Virus record (IMG/VR): IMGVR_UViG_3300037044_000216
Location: 1 to 42,202 of that record
DNA length: 42,202 nucleotides
From: a virus
Taxonomy: Duplodnaviria > Caudoviricetes
Direction: 5' to 3' (one strand)
Positions 1 to 8,924 of this stretch are shown here, one piece after another. Below the pieces are notes generated by a model. It did no database searches. It saw nothing but the letters and a program-made list of their open reading frames with translations, and was not told where the DNA came from. Numbering within the stretch: position 1 is the first letter of the stretch; the number at the start of each line of letters is the position of its first letter. A program made the position numbers and the translations under genes.

Positions 1-609
1 AGCAGACTCTTTAGGAGACGCAAGCCTTTGTCCCGCGAACACCTTCTTTTGGGAATCCAAGCGTTCCTTTACAATTGTTCGAGCCTTGTCTAATATTCCA
101 TGATACATCACGGTCTTCATTTTTCTGTATATCTGCTTGTTGAAATCAGATCTAATTGTTTCTTGGAGGCCCTTGTCGCTCTCTACTTCATTTAAAATAG
201 TCAACACCCTGTCACGCAATCTCGCCCGGTTTTTCTCGCGCGCTGAAATAAGAAGATAATTGCCGGCATAAGTCAGCTGGAGTTGATCAGTAGCAAGAGA
301 CGATACAATAACGGCCATATTCTCGGCCAAGCTCTTCATCTCCTGAATCTTGGCAAATGTTTCATCGCGTACATCTTTCATATCTCGCAGAATCAATTTG
401 AATTTCCCGAGTCCAAGCTCGGATATACGATCAAAACCCAATAGAGCAAACAACACTATTGCAAGCAATGCAAATAGTATGGAGTAGTTAGTTTGAGAAA
501 TAATTTTTTGAACGAGAAGGAACGTGAAAAGCATAATTCCCGAAACGCCAATAATGCAACACGCAATTACACGCGCATTTATTCTACGGTTTTCCTGATC
601 TTTTGCCAT
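1..609 (-). CDS. Hypothetical membrane protein (3' end beyond window start)
   Basis: Not in ORF track. ATG at 609 preceded by GGAGG; reads MAKDQENRRINARVIACCIIGVSGIMLFTFLLVQ...YSILFALLAIVLFALLGFDRIS (two hydrophobic segments); frame appears open to position 1. Confidence 0.75.
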   Translation of the reverse strand, partial: MAKDQENRRINARVIACCIIGVSGIMLFTFLLVQKIISQTNYSILFALLAIVLFALLGFDRISELGLGKFKLILRDMKDVRDETFAKIQEMKSLAENMAVIVSSLATDQLQLTYAGNYLLISAREKNRARLRDRVLTILNEVESDKGLQETIRSDFNKQIYRKMKTVMYHGILDKARTIVKERLDSQKKVFAGQRLASPKESA

Positions 610-771
610 ATAAATCCTCCTGGGGGTGTTTATCACTAGTAGTCGGCGACTCCTCTTCAAAACAAGGCATATTCTTGCAGTTCGATCTCTTCTCGTTTTG
701 CCTGCCGTTACAAAACCGCTTGCGCTTCCAAAACCATTCTGATACCTTGGCTCCTACATTTAAACCGACCA

Positions 772-814
772 GGCTGCGACGTAGTTGCGAAATTACGTCG
801 CAGCCATTTTATTT
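772..814. terminator. Strong hairpin, probable intrinsic terminator
   Basis: GGCTGCGACGTA (772-783) pairs with TACGTCGCAGCC (794-805), GCGA loop, followed by ATTTTATTT on the + strand. Confidence 0.6.
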
Positions 815-842
815 CTCGGACATTTGTCGGTTGCACACAATC

Positions 843-1118
843 TCAGTCCGCCACCCTTGATGCGGAAACGTCGTAATCCCCTTTGAACGTCCAACAACGC
901 TCGCGTCTACTCCAGACGACGGTCTCTTCCGTTAGCTTGCGGAAAGCAACAAGAACCTTTTTGTCAATAGCAAGATTTCCGTTATCATTGGTATAAACAA
1001 ATTCATTACCAAACCGATCCTGAATCTCGCAGACAACGACATACTGGTAGAGGCAGTTGTCTTCCACAAGTCGTTCAAGCATAAACGATGCGACATCAGA
1101 TGCGGAGATATCACTCAT
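843..1118 (-). CDS. DUF6953-like small protein
   Basis: 91 aa; LYQ...FG.EF.Y.N.NGNLAIDKKVL.AFRKLT...VVW.R.ER.W pattern recalled for this family; 4-bp overlap with upstream gene. Confidence 0.65.
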   Translation of the reverse strand: MSDISASDVASFMLERLVEDNCLYQYVVVCEIQDRFGNEFVYTNDNGNLAIDKKVLVAFRKLTEETVVWSRRERCWTFKGDYDVSASRVAD

Positions 1119-1309
1119 TTTTTTTCTTTGCTCTCTTCTTGGTTGTTTACCGCATTAAGCATACCTGCGCCAAACACCCCAGCCTCCAGCTTACTCCCAG
1201 CAAACCACGAGCAGTAAAAACGCCCATTCGAATCCTTGTTTCCGTTGATTGTCATCTTCGGGCCACCTGATTTGAGCTGGACGATGTCACCTACCTTGTA
1301 ATCTGTCAT
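1115..1309 (-). CDS. YodC/DUF2158 family protein
   Basis: N-terminal KVGDIVQLKSGGPKMT and C.WF motif; AGGAG RBS. Confidence 0.85.
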   Translation of the reverse strand: MTDYKVGDIVQLKSGGPKMTINGNKDSNGRFYCSWFAGSKLEAGVFGAGMLNAVNNQEESKEKK

Positions 1310-1328
1310 AATGCGCTCCTTTTTTGTG

Positions 1329-1997
1329 TTACGCGGTCGTATTCAACCGCTTCGTTTTTTCTTTGGCGTGCCCTTCTCGTAAAGCTACGCCACGTAAAGA
1401 GTTATTCTCTACATCCTCGTTGCCCCACTGCGCCCACCCGTTCCTTTTAAAGCGGGCAAAAAGCTCAAGATACGGCCCAGGCGAGCAACTTTCAACAAGA
1501 TCGTAGATTTCGTCCGGTTTGCGGGAGTGCTCGCGCTTGCGGGTCGACAGGATGTTGACCTGCGTCCGTCCAGGCTTCAACGTGCGCATGCTTCCTCTCG
1601 TTCCGAACAGTATCAACTCGGTCACATTCCTAAAGTAAAAGCCTACACCCCTCCCATCCGGTCCTCCGTCCTTACGGACTTTGTACCACACCAGATTGCA
1701 TTTATAAGTGAATCCCCAAGCTCTCATGACCTGCAACCCCTCCTGTAGAAGTGCGTTTGGCACCCACAAGTAACAATGTGACTTCGCCGCAGCCAGCTTC
1801 GACACGGGAAGATCCATTATTTCTTGAAGTTCCATCGTTGGGTACCTCAACAGCCTCCGGTGTTCAGGAGCCATCTTCCCCGTCCGGTTCTGAAACTGCC
1901 ACGGCGGGTCAGCCAAAATAGTCGTGTAGTGACCTTGTGCCTTTTCAACTAGGTCATCGGATGGATTCGACTGGGTAAAATTAACAACCTTTGTCAT
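1329..1997 (-). CDS. MT-A70 family N6-adenine methyltransferase
   Basis: ILADPPW catalytic motif, YLWVPN, W.K, G.YFRN.TE, REHSRKP, LELFAR and W..WGNE motifs. Confidence 0.92.
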   Translation of the reverse strand: MTKVVNFTQSNPSDDLVEKAQGHYTTILADPPWQFQNRTGKMAPEHRRLLRYPTMELQEIMDLPVSKLAAAKSHCYLWVPNALLQEGLQVMRAWGFTYKCNLVWYKVRKDGGPDGRGVGFYFRNVTELILFGTRGSMRTLKPGRTQVNILSTRKREHSRKPDEIYDLVESCSPGPYLELFARFKRNGWAQWGNEDVENNSLRGVALREGHAKEKTKRLNTTA

Positions 1998-2571
1998 AGA
2001 GCGTCTCCTTTATTCCAAAAACCAAAACGGGGCAGCCGCCGCCGCCGCCGCCCTCAATCTTTGGCAACAGCTTTCTCATGTGCGTGGTCGAAGAACCATA
2101 GCTCTTGCCCCTCCCGAGAAGGTCAAATATGTCCTGGAGCGCGTCACACCGAGTTACAATAACCCCCACAGAGATAACGCGCAAGTCAAATAGCAATCTA
2201 AAATTGTTTAAGTCTCTATCATAAAAGGGGTCTTTATTGTTCCATTCAATCTCCAGGGCCACCCGATTTTTAAAACAGTCAACGGCATGTGTGGGGCTTT
2301 CAGTCGAAACACCGTCGACAGTAACCGACGTATCAAACTCTTTTTCTCTCCAGCCTTTTGCGTATAGCTCGCTGTCTATCCAACTCGAAACAGCCGACTT
2401 CCTTCCCCCGGGTATCGTTATGTAGGTTTCGCACAACCTAAATCGCGCCAACACATCGCACACATCGGCCCACTCAGCGGGAAAGTCACGCTCGAAGATG
2501 GCCGTGGCGTGCCTCCATTCATGTATCTCGTAGTTATCCCTGATACTCTGCGGCAAGGCGTCTATTGGCAT
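1981..2571 (-). CDS. BglII/BstYI-family type II restriction endonuclease-like protein
   Basis: THAVDCFKNRVALEIEWNNKDPFYDRDL (D...ExE nuclease motif); overlaps the MT-A70 gene. Confidence 0.82.
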   Translation of the reverse strand: MPIDALPQSIRDNYEIHEWRHATAIFERDFPAEWADVCDVLARFRLCETYITIPGGRKSAVSSWIDSELYAKGWREKEFDTSVTVDGVSTESPTHAVDCFKNRVALEIEWNNKDPFYDRDLNNFRLLFDLRVISVGVIVTRCDALQDIFDLLGRGKSYGSSTTHMRKLLPKIEGGGGGGCPVLVFGIKETLYDKGC

Positions 2572-3065
2572 TTTTTAATCTCCTTTAAAAATACTTTTCC
2601 GAAAGGCGTTTGATATTCCCTCGGGATGCAGAACTCATCCCATGACTCTTTGATACTTCCCCCACTAACGATATTGGTTTTTATTTGTCCGATTATAGAG
2701 GAAAGGTCATTATAGTTGTAGAAACTACCACGTTTAACGCCTCTTATTTTAAACTCATAAACAACATCGGGCTGAGTGTCGGCCAGCCTAACAACACCAC
2801 AGATTAAATAGCGCCCCTCCTCTTCCTGTGCAGTTACGGACAAAACTTCTTTAACCCGTAGGTTCGGAGCTTTATTGATCGTGGTATTATGTATATAAAT
2901 AAAGAACATAGTTGCCAGAACTGCTACCAAGAGAGGGGCTATCGCATAAGAAGCACCCCCATCAAGCCCGCACATAATAGCTGCCACCAGAAAAAAACCA
3001 TCAAGCCATATAGCCATAGCTAAATTTGGCTGACAGAAGACCCATTTTATCCACTCGATTAGCAA
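2562..3065 (-). CDS. Hypothetical membrane protein
   Basis: 167 aa, TTG start after AGGAG; two N-terminal hydrophobic segments; AT-rich. Confidence 0.65.
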   Translation of the reverse strand: MLIEWIKWVFCQPNLAMAIWLDGFFLVAAIMCGLDGGASYAIAPLLVAVLATMFFIYIHNTTINKAPNLRVKEVLSVTAQEEEGRYLICGVVRLADTQPDVVYEFKIRGVKRGSFYNYNDLSSIIGQIKTNIVSGGSIKESWDEFCIPREYQTPFGKVFLKEIKKCQ

Positions 3066-3196
3066 CCTTTTTTTCTCCTAAAAACAACTTTCACGTGACT
3101 CACGACGATTTTCCGGGAGGCGCCAGACTGTTTAATCTTCCACATATGCAGAGTTCCAAAAAACAGCACGACATTCGAGAAACTAGGCATCTTCAC
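3059..3196 (-). CDS. Small basic hypothetical protein (45 aa)
   Basis: AGGAGGAG RBS then GTG; MKMPSFSNVVLFFGTLHMWKIK...RRKKGC; fills the gap after the repressor and overlaps the next start. Confidence 0.4.
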   Translation of the reverse strand: MKMPSFSNVVLFFGTLHMWKIKQSGASRKIVVSHVKVVFRRKKGC

Positions 3197-3217
3197 GTGC
3201 AAACTCCTCCTTTATCA

Positions 3218-3592
3218 TTACGCAGTCCTCATGGCAGCGCAGCCACCAGTTTTGGCAGGTGCGACAACCTTTGCTCGCCCCTCCGCAAGCAGCGATGTCA
3301 GTTTTGCAATCGTGTCTTGCTGACTTGAGACTAGGTTGCGCCAATAAGATTCATCTTTGGGTTGCTGAATTGACTTCACAGCAGAAATCACCTCTTCTGA
3401 AATCCCCAGCAGCCAATCAGCAGAGACTCCAAAAAGTCGGCAAATACTACCAATGGTTTCAATTGTCGGCTCCTTTTGGTCTCTCTCATAGAAACCCCAA
3501 GACTGACCAGAAACCCCGATTTTATTAGCAATCTCTGCTTGTGAGCTACCGTTTCGCAGGTCCCTTAGTTTTTCGCCTAATGTCTTTTTCAT
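3218..3592 (-). CDS. XRE-family HTH repressor (CI-like)
   Basis: LGEKLRDLR..SQAEIANKIGVS......YE....EP.......IC..FGVSADWLLG; divergent from early genes; no C-terminal peptidase domain. Confidence 0.88.
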   Translation of the reverse strand: MKKTLGEKLRDLRNGSSQAEIANKIGVSGQSWGFYERDQKEPTIETIGSICRLFGVSADWLLGISEEVISAVKSIQQPKDESYWRNLVSSQQDTIAKLTSLLAEGRAKVVAPAKTGGCAAMRTA

Positions 3593-3612
3593 ACTTTTTG
3601 CTCCTTTTAGTA

Positions 3613-3641
3613 TTGAACTATGCTACCGTTGGTAGTATAGT
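3613..3641 (+). promoter_or_regulatory. Sigma70-type early promoter with overlapping palindromic operator
   Basis: TTGAAC (3613-3618), 17 bp, TATAGT (3636-3641); ACTATGCTACC-GTT-GGTAGTATAGT (3617-3641) is an inverted repeat with one mismatch. Confidence 0.7.
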
Positions 3642-3729
3642 AGTTCCCATCGAAACCAAATCAGGCGCGTTAAGCCTATTACAATCAGGTATGCGCGTCA
3701 ACCCTAAACCCAAAAGGAGAGAAGAAAAC

Positions 3730-4098
3730 ATGAAGAAACTAACAGTAATAAAGGCGACAACACAGGACACCCAAATCATTAAAGCATCCGTAGACGCCAT
3801 CCGCAGCGTCATTGTGCGTTTTGACAAGGCAAACGCCGAGTGCCCTGTTTCGCCGCGCGTACTGCTCCAGATCTCGGCAAGCGAAGAGCGTTTCACAGTT
3901 ACGCTCGAAGGCTGTCCGTCGTCCCCGGCAACCGGGCACACCATCGACGAAGCACTCGAGAACCTTGTTAAAAATCCGGATGCCGCGTTTTTGCGTAACC
4001 GCGCCAAGACGCTCATGGACAAGGCAGCCGAGCTGCAAGCCGAGGCCGACCAACTCGAAGGCATCGTACCGGGATGCGAGAGCAATCCACGAGAATAA
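3730..4098 (+). CDS. Hypothetical protein with HicB-like segment
   Basis: AGGAGA RBS, ATG 3730; FTVTLEGCPSSPATGHTIDEALENL resembles the HicB G.T.EEAL.N motif. Confidence 0.6.
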   Translation: MKKLTVIKATTQDTQIIKASVDAIRSVIVRFDKANAECPVSPRVLLQISASEERFTVTLEGCPSSPATGHTIDEALENLVKNPDAAFLRNRAKTLMDKAAELQAEADQLEGIVPGCESNPRE

Positions 4099-4111
4099 AC
4101 AGGAGGCGCGC

Positions 4112-4336
4112 ATGGCCAACACCTATTCAAATTTTGGGCGAGTCTTCCGCGTTGAACGCATAGGGGCCGACCGATATTGGTGGGCCGTTGGCCGTTCGCG
4201 CGGTCTGCGTCCGATGTGGCTAGACCGCCTCGGGTGCCGGAAGGAAAAAGGCGACATGCAGGCGACGCTCGATTCTTGGGCGCAAAGCCGTGGCCTGAAA
4301 CCTATTGAACAAACAAAGAAGGAACACGAAGCATGA
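4112..4336 (+). CDS. Hypothetical protein (74 aa)
   Basis: AGGAGG RBS, ATG 4112, ATGA overlap with next gene. Confidence 0.7.
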   Translation: MANTYSNFGRVFRVERIGADRYWWAVGRSRGLRPMWLDRLGCRKEKGDMQATLDSWAQSRGLKPIEQTKKEHEA

Positions 4337-4665
4337 ATATTGTCACACAAGAAGGGGCCGTCCAGGGCATCGAGCCGCTGCTCACGGTGGACGAAGTATC
4401 CAAGGCCCTTAAGAAGTCGCGGCGCTATGTCATCAAGCTGATCCACGTCGGGACGCTACGCGGGATCCGCTTCAGTGCGCACTCCTGGAGAGTGGAGCCA
4501 GACGAATACCGCCGCTTTATCCGCACCGCTGCGGAGCGCGGAGGCGTGGACGGCTACCGCCACGCCCGGACGGCAGGCGGAGCGAGAAGGAAAACATTCA
4601 CCATCCAATCAGCGAGGATTGTAAAACATGAAAGCAAAAGTTATCCAGTATCCGACGAAGGCTGA
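4333..4665 (+). CDS. Excisionase-like (HTH_17) DNA-binding protein
   Basis: LLTVDEVSKALKKSRRYVIKLI..G.L.G.R.....WRV pattern. Confidence 0.8.
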   Translation: MNIVTQEGAVQGIEPLLTVDEVSKALKKSRRYVIKLIHVGTLRGIRFSAHSWRVEPDEYRRFIRTAAERGGVDGYRHARTAGGARRKTFTIQSARIVKHESKSYPVSDEG

Positions 4666-6061
4666 AACAGGTGTCATCCAGGAGATCGACATCGAGAACA
4701 TTTGGGATTGCCCTTTTCAGAAGAGAACCAAGGAATCCAAAGAGGATCTCGAAGGGCTCGCCGATTCCATCCGGTCCTGCGGGATCATCCAGCCACTAAT
4801 CGTGCGGACGACAAAGGGTGACGCTGCGTCAGGGTGCGACTTTGAACTGATCGCCGGGCACCGCCGGATTATGGCTGCGGCGATGGCAGGGCTTAAAAAG
4901 GTCCCTTGCGTCGTCCGGGAGGCCAGCGACCAGGACGCACGGCTCGCCAACGTCGTTGAAAATCTCCAGCGGAAGGACCTCACACCGCTCGACGAGGCCG
5001 AGGGTGTCGCCGAGTTGACTGACACACTGAAGAAGACCGCGCCGGAGATCGCGAAGATGCTGGGTGTTTCCGAGCGCTGGGTCTTCCGCCGCCGCAAGCT
5101 GGCAGCGATCATCCCGGGCTGGCGTGCGATCATCCGCAACAAGAAGGGCGGCCAGGAGTTTTGCGAGGCCCTTTCACGGATACCCGCAGCACTGCAGACC
5201 ATCCTCTTAAAGACGCCGGCAACCGAGCGCCTGGAGGTCAGGCAGATCGGCGAGAACCTTTGGGAGGCCGGGGCGCGCGACGCGCGACTGATGCCCTGGG
5301 CAAAGGAGCATCCGGAATGGTGCGGGAAATGCACCAAGATTATAGACGCCACCAAGGGCAATGAGATCGAAGGCGCTCACTGGCAGCTCAACGGCTGCAT
5401 GCTGTGCGGGGATCCGGCGTGCCGGGAGGCGTTCACGCGCAAGCTGATTGACGCCACCCAGGAGCGATTAAAGGCCAAGCGGCTCAAGCCCATTCTCGTT
5501 TCGACGACCGACAGGCTGCCCCCGGGATGCACCAACGAGATGAAGGGTAACAACGCCACGCCTATCGTGATATCCAGCGGACCCAACGCCGGGGCCATCT
5601 TTTGGGCTGACCCCAACTTTGAGGCGCGCCAAAAGGACAAGGCTAAGAAAAAGGCCGACTCCAAGACAGCGAAGGAGATCCCCGGCAAGCGCGAGGAGCT
5701 GGCCCGCATCGAGGCGATCCACGAGCTTGCCGAAAAGAAAGGCGAAGACGTGATCAGTATCCGGCGCGCGCTCGAACTGGTTTTCCTTTACATATTGGAC
5801 ATCGATGAAGGAAAAAAACCGCGCGGAAAACGATTCCTTGACGTGCTCAACATGAACGACCAGGACCTTGCCAAGAAGGTTTCCGCCGAGGTGCGTCGGG
5901 GCTTTTTCATTCACTTGGAGAGAACTGCATTTTTAACCAACGAAACAGACCCGCAGGAGTACAAGCTGGAGGCCGACCAGCTGGCCACCACATTCATGCT
6001 CACAGAAAAAGACATCGAGAAGAAAGCGCGGGAGTTTCTAAAAAATGGCAAACGTATATGA
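4628..6061 (+). CDS. ParB/RepB/Spo0J-family protein
   Basis: LADSI...GIIQPLIVR, LIAGHRR, ENLQRKDLTPLDEA, HTH; Cys-rich middle segment. Confidence 0.9.
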   Translation: MKAKVIQYPTKAETGVIQEIDIENIWDCPFQKRTKESKEDLEGLADSIRSCGIIQPLIVRTTKGDAASGCDFELIAGHRRIMAAAMAGLKKVPCVVREASDQDARLANVVENLQRKDLTPLDEAEGVAELTDTLKKTAPEIAKMLGVSERWVFRRRKLAAIIPGWRAIIRNKKGGQEFCEALSRIPAALQTILLKTPATERLEVRQIGENLWEAGARDARLMPWAKEHPEWCGKCTKIIDATKGNEIEGAHWQLNGCMLCGDPACREAFTRKLIDATQERLKAKRLKPILVSTTDRLPPGCTNEMKGNNATPIVISSGPNAGAIFWADPNFEARQKDKAKKKADSKTAKEIPGKREELARIEAIHELAEKKGEDVISIRRALELVFLYILDIDEGKKPRGKRFLDVLNMNDQDLAKKVSAEVRRGFFIHLERTAFLTNETDPQEYKLEADQLATTFMLTEKDIEKKAREFLKNGKRI

Positions 6062-8924
6062 GATCCTCGGGAAGTTGCAGAAGGTGCGGCAGCACGGCCA
6101 GCAAAGCTGGCTGGCTTGCTGCCCTGCTCACAACGATAAAAACCCGTCGCTTTCAATAACCGAAGGCGACGAGGGCCGTGTCCTGCTGAAGTGTTTTGCT
6201 GGATGCACGACCGAGAGCGTGACCGACGCGCTCGGGATCCGGCTGGCCGACCTTATGGGAGACGGAAAAAAGACAGACGGCCAGCCCGCCCGGCCACGTG
6301 CGAAGAAGGATAAACCGCCTTTCAGCCTGGCTGGAATGAAGCCCGGAGTGATCTGGAAGCTAGGCAAGCGCGATCATGAGTTCATCGAGTGGTATGATTA
6401 CACGGATCAGGAGGGCGCGATCCTCTTCCGCAAATTACGCTTCCGGGATGTCGAGGCCCTCAGCAAGACCTTTATCCAGTGTGTGCCCACCGAGGGCGGG
6501 CTCTGGCAGTTTGGCCGAGCCAGCCATGGGGTTAAGGAGGTGCCCTACAGGCTTCCGGATGTGGCCAAGGCTGCGGCGGAAAAGCAAACCCTTCTCATTG
6601 TAGAGGGTGAAAAGGACGTCAACACGGCGCGCGCCATGGGCTTCCTTGCGACGTGCAACGCAGACGGGGCCGGGAAATGGGATCCGGCCTTCGCCGATCT
6701 GCTCCAGGGCTGCGGCCTCGTGGTTATCATCGCGGACAACGATCCGGACGAACAGGAGGCCAAGAAGGAGAACCCGGAGGCTAAGGAGTGGTTGCAGGGC
6801 CAGCGCCACGCGACCGACATCGCGGACAGCCTAGAGGCTAAGGGTATCCCATGGAAAGTGCTCACGCTGCCGGAGGCGGAGGGCTTCCACGTCAAAGACC
6901 TCAGCGAATGGGCGAGCGTCGCAGTCAAGCCGGAGGAGATCACCAGCGGCGAGGCGAGGCGCAAGCTGGAGGCGATCATCCAGGCGGCAGACGCATGGCC
7001 AGCAGACACCTACCGCCGACCGTCGCGAAAAGAGCCCTCAGCCTCTCCACACGCCCACCCAACGCAATCGGGCGCGGCACAGGGCGGACTACAACCCCAG
7101 ACCTCAGGCGCGCAAATAAAAGATGCCGCCGGAGGCATGCCGACTCCTTCTAACCGGAAAAAAAACACCGCCTCCCCCCCTGCCACCCCCCACACCAAAA
7201 CAGAAAAAAATGTGGGGGGTGAGGGGGAGGAAGAAGAGGACGAGGCCTCAGTCGCTTTTATCCGGAAGCGTTTAATTGAGGCGATGATGGAGAAGAGCGA
7301 ATCCGGGATCCAGAAAAAGAGGGCCATGTGCCGCGTCGTGTGTGAGTGGCTTGGACGCCGGGGCCGCTTCTTCTACGACCTGGATGACAAGGGCCACGGC
7401 ACGGCCATGTGGTTTGACTCGGTTGATAAGCGGCTGCACCGCGTCCGGCAGGATTACTTCAGATCCTGGCTTTCACGCGTGACCGCGTTCTCGCGAGAGT
7501 TCAAGGACTATAAGATGTTTATATCAGCCGTCGAGGACGAGGCCCTTGTCGGCGACGAAACCCAAGGTATAAGGCCGAAGCGTTTCTGGCACCGTGAAAA
7601 GAACGTCATTTACCTTTCTTGCGGCGAAGGCAGTATGGCGCGGATATCAGCCGAGGATGTAAAGATCGTGGACAACGGGACGGACGGAATTGTCTTTGAG
7701 CAGGGCTATGTTTTGGGGCCCTGGGAACTTCTCCCGGAGGAGGAGGCGCGCGACCCGTTCGAGACGTGCGGAGTATTCAGTGGAATTAGTACAGTTGACG
7801 GCCGTGGAACCATGCTGGTCCGGCTCTGGTTCAGCAGCATGTTTGGTGTGGCCGGATGGAAACCGCTCCTGGTCCTCTCCGGCGATGTTGGCAGCGGCAA
7901 GACGCGCGTTGCGGCCGCAATGTTTCAAGTGCTCGGTGTTATGTCGCGCGTAACGGCTATTGACGCCATCGGAAACGTTAAAGACTTCTGGACCAGCGTG
8001 GACAAGGGCGGTCTCTTCTGCCTTGATAACGCGGATCATCATATACCTTGGCTCCCGGACGCCCTCTCCGTGATCTCCACGGGCGGGACATTTGAAAAGA
8101 GAAAGCTTCACACGGACACCGACACGGTGACACAGGAGGCGAAATGCTGGGCCGTGATCACTTCATCAAACCCGTCCTTTGCATCGGACGCCGGGCTCTC
8201 TGATCGACTCATAACGGTTAATCTTGAACGTGTGGACCGCGACACGGCCGAGAGCGTGCTAACGCAGGAAATAGAGGATAATCGCTTTGCCGCTTTAGCC
8301 TGGCTGTGTTACACCATGCGGCGCGCGCTGGCCGACACAGAGGCAACCCCTAAAGGGATGAACAGGCGTCACCCAGACTGGGCCGCATGGGCGTATAAGT
8401 TTGGCAAGGCAGCCGGAAAGGCACAGGAGGCCGAGCGCGCGATCCGGGAGAACGAGGGCTTTAAGGCGCTCTTTTCCGTGTTGAATGACGCATTTGGTAA
8501 GTTCATTCTCGTGGCAATGAAGGACCAGAAAAAAGAGTTCGTAGGCTCAGCGGATGACCTTTCTAAGCTTTTGGCGGAAAAATGTGAGGGGTTCTCGTCT
8601 GATCTCTGGACGATTGCTAAGATCGGGAAAGCCCTTGCGCGTCTCTCTGTCGCTCTTAAAAGCCTTTTCAAATTTGAAAAGTTAAATCATTCAGGCAGAG
8701 CAGTTTATAAGCTTCAGCCTTATAGGTCCCCCCTTGATTCCCCCCCTTGTGTCGAAAGTGCTAATGTTGGGGGTGTTGGGGATGTTGGGGGTATTTCTCT
8801 AAAGTCTCCACAATATACTAATACACATGACCTTTTACAATTTAACCCCCACATCCCCCACAACCCCCCACATGAGGATTTGAACCAAGAAGAAGGGGAT
8901 TTACACGATTGGGAGGCCTTATGA
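6045..8924 (+). CDS. Primase-helicase (Zn finger + TOPRIM + P-loop ATPase)
   Basis: CPAHNDKNPSLS...CFAGC zinc finger; IVEGEKD and IIADND TOPRIM motifs; GDVGSGKT Walker A, LFCLDN Walker B. Confidence 0.88.
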   Translation: MANVYEILGKLQKVRQHGQQSWLACCPAHNDKNPSLSITEGDEGRVLLKCFAGCTTESVTDALGIRLADLMGDGKKTDGQPARPRAKKDKPPFSLAGMKPGVIWKLGKRDHEFIEWYDYTDQEGAILFRKLRFRDVEALSKTFIQCVPTEGGLWQFGRASHGVKEVPYRLPDVAKAAAEKQTLLIVEGEKDVNTARAMGFLATCNADGAGKWDPAFADLLQGCGLVVIIADNDPDEQEAKKENPEAKEWLQGQRHATDIADSLEAKGIPWKVLTLPEAEGFHVKDLSEWASVAVKPEEITSGEARRKLEAIIQAADAWPADTYRRPSRKEPSASPHAHPTQSGAAQGGLQPQTSGAQIKDAAGGMPTPSNRKKNTASPPATPHTKTEKNVGGEGEEEEDEASVAFIRKRLIEAMMEKSESGIQKKRAMCRVVCEWLGRRGRFFYDLDDKGHGTAMWFDSVDKRLHRVRQDYFRSWLSRVTAFSREFKDYKMFISAVEDEALVGDETQGIRPKRFWHREKNVIYLSCGEGSMARISAEDVKIVDNGTDGIVFEQGYVLGPWELLPEEEARDPFETCGVFSGISTVDGRGTMLVRLWFSSMFGVAGWKPLLVLSGDVGSGKTRVAAAMFQVLGVMSRVTAIDAIGNVKDFWTSVDKGGLFCLDNADHHIPWLPDALSVISTGGTFEKRKLHTDTDTVTQEAKCWAVITSSNPSFASDAGLSDRLITVNLERVDRDTAESVLTQEIEDNRFAALAWLCYTMRRALADTEATPKGMNRRHPDWAAWAYKFGKAAGKAQEAERAIRENEGFKALFSVLNDAFGKFILVAMKDQKKEFVGSADDLSKLLAEKCEGFSSDLWTIAKIGKALARLSVALKSLFKFEKLNHSGRAVYKLQPYRSPLDSPPCVESANVGGVGDVGGISLKSPQYTNTHDLLQFNPHIPHNPPHEDLNQEEGDLHDWEAL
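8765..8872. repeat. Opposed iteron-like repeats flanking an AT-rich core (candidate origin)
   Basis: TGTTGGGG x3 (8765-8791) and CCCCCACA x3 (8846-8872) around an AT-rich spacer, within the 3' end of the primase gene. Confidence 0.65.

Noticed and set aside
603-860. 85-aa plus-strand ORF
   Set aside because: Opposes the minus-strand operon, spans a terminator-like hairpin, TTG start without RBS.
3541-3729. Upstream extension of the 185-aa ORF
   Set aside because: Runs through the repressor start and promoter/operator; RBS supports ATG 3730.
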